DNA from: an uncultured Verrucomicrobiae bacterium
GTDB taxonomy: Bacteria > Chlamydiota > Chlamydiia > Chlamydiales > JAFEGQ01
Direction: 5' to 3'
Length of the DNA: 64,000 nucleotides
Assembly: GCA_963739345.1 (NCBI GenBank)
Contig: CAVUAA010000001.1
Location: forward strand, 859,749 to 923,748
The notes under the pieces are model-generated. The model worked only from the letters and a program-made list of their open reading frames with translations, had not been told where the DNA came from and ran no database searches. The translations under genes were made by a program, and so were the position numbers. Below, piece after piece: positions 1 to 9,191 of the stretch. Each line of letters begins with the position of its first letter. Within the stretch, counting starts at the first letter, position 1.

Positions 1-1071
1 GCCCTTTGTCTGCCGTGTTCGGTGTCGCACGGTTGCAAACGTCGACTCAATCGAATTAGTGGTTCGCAGATGTGCCCAGTGCTCCGCAGGATAATCATAG
101 AACGCCAGAAGCTGTGAGCGATCTTTGGTCAAACATTCACTGGCTTTCGGGTATTTCGCCCCGTAAAGCTTTGCAAAAGCGACCATTGCTTCCTCGGCGT
201 CCTTCCTTGTCTCTGCCGCATAGATTTCCCGTAACTTCTCCTTGGCGCCGATCTGGATCTTCTTGGGAAGCTTATTGAGGACATTCGCGGTCTTGTGGAC
301 CCAGCAGCGCTGGTGCTTAACATCGGGAAAGGCCTCTTCGAGGGCCTTCCAAAATCCCAGAGCTCCGTCTGCGATGGCCAGGGCTTTGGGGCAGAGGGTA
401 AACCCACGGCTTTTCAAGCCGTGGAACATTTCCTGCCAAGAAAGGGTGCTTTCCCTCTCTCCATCAGCGATGGCGATTGACTCTTTGGTCCCATCTTCCA
501 ACGCTCCCATGAGCACCAAGATGCACGGACGGTCAGAGGTGAGTCTGACATTGAAGTAGATGCCATCGGCCCACAGGTAAACGTACCGTTTGCCCTCTAG
601 GGGGCGCTTGCTCCACTCATCATGCTCTCCCTCCCGGATCTGCTTGAGACGGATGATATTGGTGGGGCTTAGACCTGCGGCCTGTGGCCCAAGCAGGGCC
701 TCTAAAGCTTCGGCAAAATCACCGGTAGAAACGCCCTTGAGATACACGGCATCAAGGCTCGGAAGACGCCGTAGGTACGGAGGGAGGATGCTGCTAGAGA
801 ATCGCTTGCCTCCTCTTCTGTCATGCACCCTTGGCTGCTCAATCGTAATCGACCCGACACCCGTCTGAATTGAGCGTCCGGGCAAATGCCCGTGACGCAT
901 TACCAGCGACTTTCCTTCGCATTTCTCCTGCTGTTTCTCGAGATACTCTGCGACCTCAAGCTCTAGAGCCTGCATGAGCATCCTTTGAGCTCCCTGCCGA
1001 CAGATCTCGTCCAGCGTCTGCTTGGGAAGCTTTTCTGAATTCTGTTCTTCACGTATGATATCCTTCTTCAT
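1..1071 (-). CDS. IS256-family (Mutator-type) DDE transposase, partial (C-terminus runs off the left window edge)
   Basis: Absent from the supplied ORF track because there is no stop inside the window. My reverse-strand translation from the ATG (complement of 1069-1071) stays open for 357 codons: MKKDIIREEQ...RYVYLWADGIYFNV...LAIADGALGFWKALEEAFPDVKHQRCWVHKTANVLNKLPK...LRTTNSIES. These are the D, D and E regions and the RCxVHKxxN motif typical of IS256 transposases. Confidence 0.8.
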   Translation of the reverse strand, partial: MKKDIIREEQNSEKLPKQTLDEICRQGAQRMLMQALELEVAEYLEKQQEKCEGKSLVMRHGHLPGRSIQTGVGSITIEQPRVHDRRGGKRFSSSILPPYLRRLPSLDAVYLKGVSTGDFAEALEALLGPQAAGLSPTNIIRLKQIREGEHDEWSKRPLEGKRYVYLWADGIYFNVRLTSDRPCILVLMGALEDGTKESIAIADGERESTLSWQEMFHGLKSRGFTLCPKALAIADGALGFWKALEEAFPDVKHQRCWVHKTANVLNKLPKKIQIGAKEKLREIYAAETRKDAEEAMVAFAKLYGAKYPKASECLTKDRSQLLAFYDYPAEHWAHLRTTNSIESTFATVRHRTRQTKG

Positions 1072-1702
1072 GAGCGTACTCCTGTTGTATACCCGTTTTT
1101 GTGTTGGGTGACAGGATACGCTCAACTTTTTTGATCAACAACTTTCGGTCATACCTCCCTCCGCTTCAACGGGTTCTGTTCGCTTTTCTCTGTTCTCTCC
1201 CGTGGGCCACTGCCGTTTCCCTAAGCGCAGCACTACTGTATGAATATTGGACCACTGCCCTCGAGGCGATGACAGTCGTTCCTATCGTTCTCTATTCCAT
1301 TGCCACTGTTGCAATCGCCCACTTCCTGCTGATCAGGCGAAGAGTCCGATAAACATCTACCAGTTAAACCGGTCCCGTACGAGCCAGGGGACGTCCCTAG
1401 GAAGTTGTCGAACGAATGTTGTTAGCCGTGCCACCAGTCCTTAGCCCGCCACACCAAATTCGATACGTTATGTCTCATACCGACAGCGGCTTCGCTTGCA
1501 GATACGATGGCTCCTTTTACTTTGTGCACAGCCCATCGTGTGGACAAGGTCCCTACCATCGAAAATTGTAGGTAAAGGCTCTATCGAGGAGCCTTCACCA
1601 CGCCCGCTGTAGTCCGACGTTTAATGCGTGACCAATTAGTTTGCTGTTTTCAGCCAACAGTCTGGGTTCCAGCATGACGCTCATTAATTCCCTATGGTCT
1701 AG

Positions 1703-2771
1703 CACGGGCGTGTTGCAAAAATAGGATAGGGTCCGGATCCGAGCCGTTTCGCTTAACTTCTTAGAGCCATCATTTCGTTCAGAACGAACATTTTCACTCC
1801 TATTTCAATCACCTGATTCTTAGGTTTCCGAGCCCTGATACTGGATCCGGTTAGCGCTTTTATACGGTGCATGCAGGTCTCTACAAGGGAACGACGGTGG
1901 TACCCCACCTCCTTTTTCCAACGACGTTTGCCCCGTTTCTGATCCCTGATTCGGTCGATCGCTTCGTCTCTTGCCCGAAGGAAAGGGAGCCCGGATTTCC
2001 GGGCTCCCTTTCTTGGGGGTATGGTCGGCTTTGCACCTCGACGGTGGATTGCTTCGTAACAGTCTTGAGCGTCATAGGCTCCATCGCCAATCACTTCAGC
2101 AATCTCTCCATCAATAGCATCGAGAAGACCCGGCAACGCCTGAGAGTCCCCGAAATTCTTGTCGCTGATTGATGCCACAACAATCTGCTGCGTCTCAACG
2201 CACATGCCAATATGAATCTTCTTCCAGCCTCTGTGATAGCTGGGGCCATGCTTACGAGCTTGCCATTCTCCCTCTCCGTAGGTCTTGAGGCCTGTAGAGT
2301 CAAAGACAACGTGCAGAGGTCCTTTACGGCGGATCCCTGCTGGCAGCCTCACGCTCTGCGCTCGTCTGCAAATAGTCGTGTAATCAGGACAAACACATTC
2401 CGAATCCATGAGTTTGAGAACATCTCTCATGAGTCCCTGCAGCTGCCTAAATGCACACCCGTAAACGACTCTCACAATCATTAGAGCCTGGATGGCCTGG
2501 CGGGAATAGATAGCAGGGCGCCCTCTGGCGCCCTCCTGATCTGAGTACCAAGATTTCTGGGGACAATCCTTGATCCAGAAAATAATGCTTCCCTGATTGA
2601 CCAATGCTTGGTTAGACTTGGACCAATTTCTGGCGCGTTTACGTGTCATCTTTAGACTCCTGGGCTTTCGTCAGCAAAGGAGTCTATTTCATTTCAGGAC
2701 TAGCTATCAAGATCTTGGTTAGGAGCAATCAGCCGGCGGCGGCCGGCTGATTAATGCAACACGACCCCGTG
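1703..2771 (-). mobile_element. IS5-family (IS903-like) insertion sequence
   Basis: One transposase ORF bounded by imperfect terminal inverted repeats: CACGGGCGTGTTGCA (1703-1717) and the complement of TGCAACACGACCCCGTG (2755-2771). I could not find a convincing target-site duplication, so the ends are approximate. Confidence 0.6.
1753..2649 (-). CDS. IS5/IS903-group DDE transposase
   Basis: 298 aa. The N-terminus RNWSKSNQALVNQGSIIFWI resembles the IS903 TNWPAYNxALxNRGS region. D in VVFDSTGLKTYGEGEW, D in VIGDGAYD, E in YHRRSLVETCMHRIK (the YxxRxxVE motif). Confidence 0.85.
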   Translation of the reverse strand: MTRKRARNWSKSNQALVNQGSIIFWIKDCPQKSWYSDQEGARGRPAIYSRQAIQALMIVRVVYGCAFRQLQGLMRDVLKLMDSECVCPDYTTICRRAQSVRLPAGIRRKGPLHVVFDSTGLKTYGEGEWQARKHGPSYHRGWKKIHIGMCVETQQIVVASISDKNFGDSQALPGLLDAIDGEIAEVIGDGAYDAQDCYEAIHRRGAKPTIPPRKGARKSGLPFLRARDEAIDRIRDQKRGKRRWKKEVGYHRRSLVETCMHRIKALTGSSIRARKPKNQVIEIGVKMFVLNEMMALRS

Positions 2772-2794
2772 GGGTTGACTAGCCCTCTGAACAA

Positions 2795-3238
2795 TTATAC
2801 TTCTGGTAGTCGCTCTGTATACTTGAAATGTTTTTCCATTCGATCAATTAGATCCGAATCCTTTGAGTAGATTTCCCAGTAAGAGCTGTCGAACATAACA
2901 ATGACAAGATCACATTCCCTGTACATTTCCTCGTCTGTTTCGAATCGACGCAAATCTGCTTCATCCTTGCAACCAATAGCGGTGATATCGCTAATTTGGT
3001 AGAGCCTCTCGGACAAAGAGACAAGTTCAGCCCAATCGATGGAGACCCCCCTTGGGGACTCAACAACCTTCTGCTCAAAGACCGGAATAGACAAGCCCGG
3101 ACCAAGATTGCCCATAGCCTGAAGGTACAGAAGTGACCAGTTCAATTTAGGATCTTCAGCAATCAAGCTAATGACGTCCTTAAGCTCGGTAGATATATAG
3201 GTGTGTTCCTTATCGTGAATTCTAATTCCACTACTCAT
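2795..3238 (-). CDS. putative cognate immunity protein of the upstream RHS toxin
   Basis: 147-aa acidic ORF with no signal peptide. It starts 9 nt after the RHS stop on the same strand and is visibly more AT-rich than the surrounding DNA. The call rests on position only; no family was recognised. Confidence 0.45.
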   Translation of the reverse strand: MSSGIRIHDKEHTYISTELKDVISLIAEDPKLNWSLLYLQAMGNLGPGLSIPVFEQKVVESPRGVSIDWAELVSLSERLYQISDITAIGCKDEADLRRFETDEEMYRECDLVIVMFDSSYWEIYSKDSDLIDRMEKHFKYTERLPEV

Positions 3239-3247
3239 ATTTATTCA

Positions 3248-6200
3248 CTACTCCAAGGGTTTGGGCAAGTCTCGTTGTGGTGTTCCCCCCGTCGGGTTCG
3301 GGATGCGAATATGTTGATGAGGGTTGGTATGATCGTTCGGTCGCCCGTGGTCTGTAAAATCAATATCACGAATAACCTGTCCCTTGCCATCAAACTCCCT
3401 TGCCTGTGGATAGGAGCCCCTACGTCCTGTACGCGTGCCAAGCTGTGTATGTGGCACATCAACATCCGGTATGAATACCCCATCTTCAGTCAGGGGGAGG
3501 GGCCTATCGGGGAAAGCGCCACCTCTCTTCTTCTTGCGCTTTGACTCAGTTGTGCTGTTGGAGTAGGTCTGTCTGGCATAGGTAGCGTTGATCGTGTTGA
3601 CAAAGACCCGATGTCTGGCTCGCCTCTCAATGTACTGATTCGCTTCACAGAAGCCCCATGTCACAAGGGCGGCAGCTGTCGCATATGCAGACGTTGTCAC
3701 AATGGCCGATAAAGCAAACGACCCTAAGGGAATAGCGATGAGAAAGATAAACTCACCGTCAGGGTCTGTGTATAGCCATGGATTGTTCAGGCAGTACGCG
3801 TAGAGATTATGTGCCTTGAGGATGCCGACTGGATCTGGGGTGAGCCAGCGAGCCAGCTGCGGGTCGTAGTAGCGCTTGCCAAAGTAGACAAGGCCTAGCT
3901 CGTCGTCCATGCGTTTGCCCGCAAACCTCCACGGGTTCGAGAGGGAGGGAAGGGGGGTCGTAGGGGCAAATGCGGTGTATTGGTAGGAATCGGCTATGTT
4001 TCCTGTTTCGATTGCGGCCAAGGTGCGGACGTTGCCTCTGAGGTCAGAGAGAGGCGAATACGCGATGCCATTAAGCTCTATGGCAACTGATGGTCTGCCT
4101 CCAAGCCCCACGCGTAGCTGCTCGATATGACCATCTTCACTTATGGTTCCTATTTCTTGATCCCCGTCGTAGAGATAGGACTCATGGTGGGTGGCTGTCC
4201 CTATCCACCCTCGGCGATCCTCGACGGTTTTGGTGGTGCGGCGGCCTAGCGGGTCATAACTAAATTCCACGCTCAGATGGGGAGCTTTGGCAGCGACTAG
4301 TTGGTCAAGCGCATTGTAAGTGAACGTAGTGTCGCCCTTGTGGACCAGGCGACCGTCAGCGTCGTATGTGCACTGGACATTGCCAAAAGAGACCAGTTGG
4401 TCCAGGGCATTGACCTCGATAGCTTGGTCAACTGTTGAAACCGGGTTGTATAGGGGAGAAAACTCATGGGAATGTTCGGGCTCTTCGGTCAGTTGACATA
4501 GGGCATCATAGTCTAGGTGAATCTCGTTGCCATCCTCTGTAACATTGCAAGGGCAGTCATCGGCTGTGTACTTGTTGACGGCGATTGAGAGGAACGGGTT
4601 GCTCTTGGAGGTGGGACGGCCCTTGGGGTCATAGGTGTAGGTGGTGTGAGATCCATCGGCGGCGGTTTCTGATGCTATCAGTCCGAGGAGGTTATACTCG
4701 TCGTATGTGTGAGAGTGTTTGCAAACACCATTTGCATCATATCGTTCGATGGAAGTTGGGTGCAGCGGGTCATAGGAGAAGCGTACCTCAGATCGATCGG
4801 GAAGCGTCAAGGACAACGGCCGGTCCCGCTTGTCATAGGATTTTCGTATGACCTTGCCAGAAGCTAAGCGCTCACAGGTCAGGTTTCCGCTGGGATCGAC
4901 AGTGCGGATGATACTAGAGCCGTTTAGAGCATCTGCAGCACGGGAAAGGTAGCCAAGAGAGTCGTATTCGTATTGGTAGCTGACGCCTGGTCCTTCCAGG
5001 TGAATAAGATTGTCGAGATAATCATATTCATAGTGGATCGCTTCTCCACTGGGTTTCACCTTGGAGGCTAACTTGCCGCTATGTGTGTATTTGAAGTTGG
5101 TGGTCGCAGCACCTGAGCAATTGGCCGCAAGGGTCTCGGTAGTTATCCGCCCAGCCCAATCGTAGGTCCATGTGGTTAGACGATTCTGATCGCGCTTTTG
5201 TACGAGATTAAGGGAGAGATCATAGGCAAATGAGCTGGTTTTGAGACTGCGACCCTCTGGATCTGACAGCTGGAGAAGGGCTGGCCGGTTGTAAGCATTA
5301 TAGGTAACTGTCTCGATTCTTCCTGCCGGTTGCCGGGTTATCTTCGTACGCTGGCGAAGCCCAGTGATGCTGTCGACAGAGTCCTCGTTGTAGGAAATAG
5401 TGGTGACGTTGCCAAGGGGGTCGACTGAGCAGATCAGCTGGTCAAAGCAATCGTACTCATAGCGGTCGGTGCTGATGGCAGAGTCATCAATCCATCGGTG
5501 TATGGCGCACTTATTGCCTCGTGGGTCGTAATCAAAGAGGCTGTGTCGCAATAGGGTGCCGTCGAGGTCTCGAGCGGATTCCTCTACCAGACGATCTGCG
5601 GCATCGTAACTATAGCTGGTGATCAGGGTTTGCTCATCGTTTAGTTGAATACGCTGGGATAGTCTACCGAGGGAATCATAGGAGCGCCTGACGGTTTTGC
5701 CCTCTCGAGATCTTTCCACCTCGCGCCCGGCTCCATCATATGCATAAGTAGTGGTGAAGCCGCCTCTGTCGGTTTCGGAGATAAGCGATACACCGCTGTA
5801 TTCCCAGGATTCGCTGGACAGGACATCACCGCTTGGGGAGCGGGCGACCTTAGCCACTGCGCGGCCAAGGACATCTCGACGATATTGGGTGATGAGGCCG
5901 CAAGGGCTGACATGCTCTCTTAGGGTTCCATCGAGGAAGTAGCGGAATGTTTCAGTGGAGCCATTGGGATGGACAATCTGGGTAGGTGAGCCGCGAGCAT
6001 TAAAAGAGCGGCTGGTAGTGTGGCCACATGGATCGATGCGGTGAATGGGTTGTCCGAAGGGATCGAGGATGTTGCAAGAGACTACAGGCCTGGGGGCGCC
6101 AGAGACGTCGGCAATTAAGGGCGTAGTCTCTTGCGTCTCGACACCGGTCACAGGATCATAGGTGTGGTAGGTGGGGTGGCCGAGATGATTGTGTTCAGAG

Positions 6201-8278
6201 ATGAGCCGGCCCCGCTCGTCATAGCTATACTCCTGCTGTCGAGCACTCGAGCTGCCCACTTCGACTTGAGTGGTCAACCTACCTGCACGGTCGTAGGCCC
6301 TTTCTGTCGCCAGAGTGCCACAGAAGTGGTGGGACTCCGTTTTACGAGACCACTTGTCATAAGTGTGGTGTGCCTCCTGGCCAAGAGGATTGGTTTCGCG
6401 TAAGACGTTTCCGGCCTCGTCGAAATCGCGCTCGATGACATAGGCCAAGGTGCCTTCAGCGTCATACACTGTCTCAGCACACACTCTTCCGTGAAGATCA
6501 TAAGCGAGATGTATGCGGCGAAGAAGGACCTCTTTTCCCCCTTGGAGGCACCACTCTTCTTGATATTCCGGCATATGGATAAACGGCGACTCTTGGCGCA
6601 GGATGAATCGAGTCCATCGCCGTTCGGTGACACCAATGGTGCGGGTTCGATCGGATGAAGAGCCGTCGTCTTTTGTGATTTGGATCAGGTTGAGGCTGTC
6701 ATCGTACTCCCAAAAGGTTCGCCGAAGGATCGTCTCCCTGTCGCAAACAAGCTTGAAGGAGGGAAGACTTGTATTGGTCACGTAACCATAGAGTGTAGTG
6801 AGACCGTTACCCTCCGATTCGCGCAGGACGAGATGTCGGCCATCCGCAGAATACTCTCTGGTAATGGAATAGGTCTCCTCTGCTCCCCCGCCACTGAGGT
6901 CTCCAGTGAGGTGTTCCTCTATAGGGTTGCCATAAGCATCATTCTTGTAGGTTCTAGTCCAGAGGGGCTGGCCGCGGCTGTCGTAGCGGCCTGTAGAGGT
7001 CAAAAAGCCTTTTTCACTCCAACAATAACGCTCTTCAAACCGGAGTGTGCCATCGGCTTCCAGATGCTCAATCCGCGTGAGATAGAAACTGGGCGAGTAG
7101 TGGTAGATTTGAGCCGTCCCATCCGGATGAATCGCCTTGGTCCAGCCCCCCCTTGTTCCTGGTACTCCCCTCTCGTACTCAAACCGGCTGGTGGCGACAA
7201 AGTCGCCCTCTTCACCTATCGGCTCCAGTAGTGCCGCCAGTCCAACGACGTGGGAACCGGTTGGGAGCTTTTGGGTGGCCCAATGACACTGAAACCAATC
7301 AGTTTTTCCAGAGTACTCTTGGAGTTGTAGGCGGGGGGCGTAGGATGCCTTACTTCTCCGAAAAAAGGGGCTGTTGACCTGGGAGAGAAAAGGGCGGTTG
7401 CATGAGACGCTAATCTTAGCAGCATTCCTCCCCTTTCCCTCTTTCCACTTCCGATCAAAATGGTGCCATTGGCACTTATAATCGGTCGCCAGGCCGGTGT
7501 TCGTGACAAACGTGTAGTCGACACCATCAGTTCTGATGTCTACCGAAGCATAAGTCTGTCGACTATCGGGATCGGAGCTATAGATGCGCAGTAGCTTGCC
7601 GCTGGAGTCGTATTCGTAATGGAGGTGCCTTCCATTGGGAAGCCTCTCGGATTGCAGACAGAATGTGCTCCCTCGCAGATAGACGTAAGTCCTCATCACC
7701 CCCTCGGGGAGGTAGGCAGTAATTGTCTTGAGTGACGGCGAGATTTCAAAATACGTATTGCTGAGATGATAGCGGCCACTCGGCCCGTCAGGCCCGAAAT
7801 TGTGCAAACCAACCGGTCGTGATATCAGCTGGGTCTCACCGCTTGGCTCCACCTGGTAGTTTAGGGTGAGACCGTTGGGTTGTGAGAGCGTGATGATGGT
7901 ACAGCCGCTGTGATCCTGATAGGCATTGAGGTGCCGGTGCTGCAAGAAGGACCATCCGCCAAAAACCGGCGCATTCTTGTAAGCCAGGTAATCAGCTCTA
8001 TTGGGGTTAATATTTGGGTATGTCGCCGGGGTGCCAGAGCAGAAGTAGCGATGGATCTCGATTGGCTGGGCGCCTCGTGCAACAACATCCGCTTCACTAA
8101 TGAGCAAAGAACCGGTCACCGGGCTCACGTTCCCTGCGATAAGACTTGTGGGTGAGCCAGAGAGCGAAGCCACGTATTCTGGAGCGGATGGGATCAGGGC
8201 AAGTTCTTTGTCGTCTGCGGCCTGCGCCACAAGCCCTAGCTGATAACAACAGAGAATCAGAAACAATCGCTTAAACAT
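3248..8278 (-). CDS. RHS/YD-repeat polymorphic toxin with signal peptide and variable C-terminal toxin domain
   Basis: The ORF track opens at 8383. The Met at 8278 gives a signal peptide (MFKRLFLILCCYQLGLVAQA), so I prefer that start. Many YD repeats are present (YxYDxxGR/N). The RHS core ends PWRFAGKRMDDELGLVYFGKRYYDPQLARWLTPDP...YTDPDGEF. It is followed by a 166-aa non-repeat tail (3251-3748). Confidence 0.88.
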   Translation of the reverse strand: MFKRLFLILCCYQLGLVAQAADDKELALIPSAPEYVASLSGSPTSLIAGNVSPVTGSLLISEADVVARGAQPIEIHRYFCSGTPATYPNINPNRADYLAYKNAPVFGGWSFLQHRHLNAYQDHSGCTIITLSQPNGLTLNYQVEPSGETQLISRPVGLHNFGPDGPSGRYHLSNTYFEISPSLKTITAYLPEGVMRTYVYLRGSTFCLQSERLPNGRHLHYEYDSSGKLLRIYSSDPDSRQTYASVDIRTDGVDYTFVTNTGLATDYKCQWHHFDRKWKEGKGRNAAKISVSCNRPFLSQVNSPFFRRSKASYAPRLQLQEYSGKTDWFQCHWATQKLPTGSHVVGLAALLEPIGEEGDFVATSRFEYERGVPGTRGGWTKAIHPDGTAQIYHYSPSFYLTRIEHLEADGTLRFEERYCWSEKGFLTSTGRYDSRGQPLWTRTYKNDAYGNPIEEHLTGDLSGGGAEETYSITREYSADGRHLVLRESEGNGLTTLYGYVTNTSLPSFKLVCDRETILRRTFWEYDDSLNLIQITKDDGSSSDRTRTIGVTERRWTRFILRQESPFIHMPEYQEEWCLQGGKEVLLRRIHLAYDLHGRVCAETVYDAEGTLAYVIERDFDEAGNVLRETNPLGQEAHHTYDKWSRKTESHHFCGTLATERAYDRAGRLTTQVEVGSSSARQQEYSYDERGRLISEHNHLGHPTYHTYDPVTGVETQETTPLIADVSGAPRPVVSCNILDPFGQPIHRIDPCGHTTSRSFNARGSPTQIVHPNGSTETFRYFLDGTLREHVSPCGLITQYRRDVLGRAVAKVARSPSGDVLSSESWEYSGVSLISETDRGGFTTTYAYDGAGREVERSREGKTVRRSYDSLGRLSQRIQLNDEQTLITSYSYDAADRLVEESARDLDGTLLRHSLFDYDPRGNKCAIHRWIDDSAISTDRYEYDCFDQLICSVDPLGNVTTISYNEDSVDSITGLRQRTKITRQPAGRIETVTYNAYNRPALLQLSDPEGRSLKTSSFAYDLSLNLVQKRDQNRLTTWTYDWAGRITTETLAANCSGAATTNFKYTHSGKLASKVKPSGEAIHYEYDYLDNLIHLEGPGVSYQYEYDSLGYLSRAADALNGSSIIRTVDPSGNLTCERLASGKVIRKSYDKRDRPLSLTLPDRSEVRFSYDPLHPTSIERYDANGVCKHSHTYDEYNLLGLIASETAADGSHTTYTYDPKGRPTSKSNPFLSIAVNKYTADDCPCNVTEDGNEIHLDYDALCQLTEEPEHSHEFSPLYNPVSTVDQAIEVNALDQLVSFGNVQCTYDADGRLVHKGDTTFTYNALDQLVAAKAPHLSVEFSYDPLGRRTTKTVEDRRGWIGTATHHESYLYDGDQEIGTISEDGHIEQLRVGLGGRPSVAIELNGIAYSPLSDLRGNVRTLAAIETGNIADSYQYTAFAPTTPLPSLSNPWRFAGKRMDDELGLVYFGKRYYDPQLARWLTPDPVGILKAHNLYAYCLNNPWLYTDPDGEFIFLIAIPLGSFALSAIVTTSAYATAAALVTWGFCEANQYIERRARHRVFVNTINATYARQTYSNSTTESKRKKKRGGAFPDRPLPLTEDGVFIPDVDVPHTQLGTRTGRRGSYPQAREFDGKGQVIRDIDFTDHGRPNDHTNPHQHIRIPNPTGGTPQRDLPKPLE

Positions 8279-8411
8279 GGGAGTTGATGCTACCCAGACG
8301 TAAAGATTGTAGCAAGCTCGAGGCAGCCTCACTATGAGATATCCCGATGAGGTTCCCAGCCGGATCGTAGGAATACGTGACATCGAAGGCCAAGATTGAA
8401 GCTAGCATCGA

Positions 8412-9191
8412 CTACCTATCGGCCGATGAACCCATCCCAGTAGTGTTTGAGATGTTGTCCGAGAGGTAAGCGAGCTGCGGAATGCGCAGGTCGATGACGT
8501 GGTTTCCTTCTAGCGGACAGAGCTTCTTGTAGTTGGCAAGCGCCTGCTTAACGTTACGAGGGGGCAATCTAAGGATGTGCTGGTTGGGGGGCGCGCCGAT
8601 AATCATGACAATCTGTCGCTGGCCGCTGCTCTCGGCCCCCATCTGGGCGGTGTCAATCCGCGTAATAGGTAACGAGGGATCGAGAAGAGTGAGGGCGTAA
8701 CGAAGCGATTCGGTGGTGATTTCAGCGAGATAGAGATCTGGAAGTTGACCGTGTGAAAAGGTGAGCGGGAGGGTGTTTCCGTCGCGGTCAATGCCGTAGC
8801 CTGGAAGTTCGGGAAGAGCGGCGATAGGCTCGCGGGGAGTGTAGTCGATGTAGAGGCCGGAGGGGTGGGCCCGGTCGACGTGGGCCGAGGCGATCAGCTC
8901 CGAGGAAATAAGTCGCTTTTCGAGCGCGCGGGGATTAAGGGCATAGAGGTTGTCGGTAGCGCTCACTCCCATGAGATGAGCAAGCACGGGCGTGGGAAGT
9001 TCGATCGCCCCCCTGCTGTGCGGATAGAGAGTAGTGAGAAGAAACCGCTCGTTGAAGTGGCGCTGCCGCTCCCAATGCTTGTAGTAGAGCCAGCCGGTTG
9101 TGGCCGAGCCGGAAACCAATAGTGTCGATCCAAAGATCATCAGCAGAGAGAGATAGAGAGGAAGCTTACGTTTGCGCATAGCGAAGAGCAT
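8412..9191 (-). CDS. ftsQ: FtsQ-like cell-division protein (N-terminal TM helix + POTRA-like region)
   Basis: It is the last gene of the dcw block, directly after murC/ddl. It has a single N-terminal TM helix (LPLYLSLLMIFGSTLLVSG) followed by a periplasmic domain. The start could instead be Met5 (9179). Confidence 0.6.
   Translation of the reverse strand: MLFAMRKRKLPLYLSLLMIFGSTLLVSGSATTGWLYYKHWERQRHFNERFLLTTLYPHSRGAIELPTPVLAHLMGVSATDNLYALNPRALEKRLISSELIASAHVDRAHPSGLYIDYTPREPIAALPELPGYGIDRDGNTLPLTFSHGQLPDLYLAEITTESLRYALTLLDPSLPITRIDTAQMGAESSGQRQIVMIIGAPPNQHILRLPPRNVKQALANYKKLCPLEGNHVIDLRIPQLAYLSDNISNTTGMGSSADR

Noticed and set aside
1101-1352. 83-aa plus-strand ORF with hydrophobic stretches between the two IS elements
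   Set aside because: It has a GTG start, no RBS and no family. It lies in what is probably the IS256 end or remnant DNA, so it is most likely spurious or a fragment.
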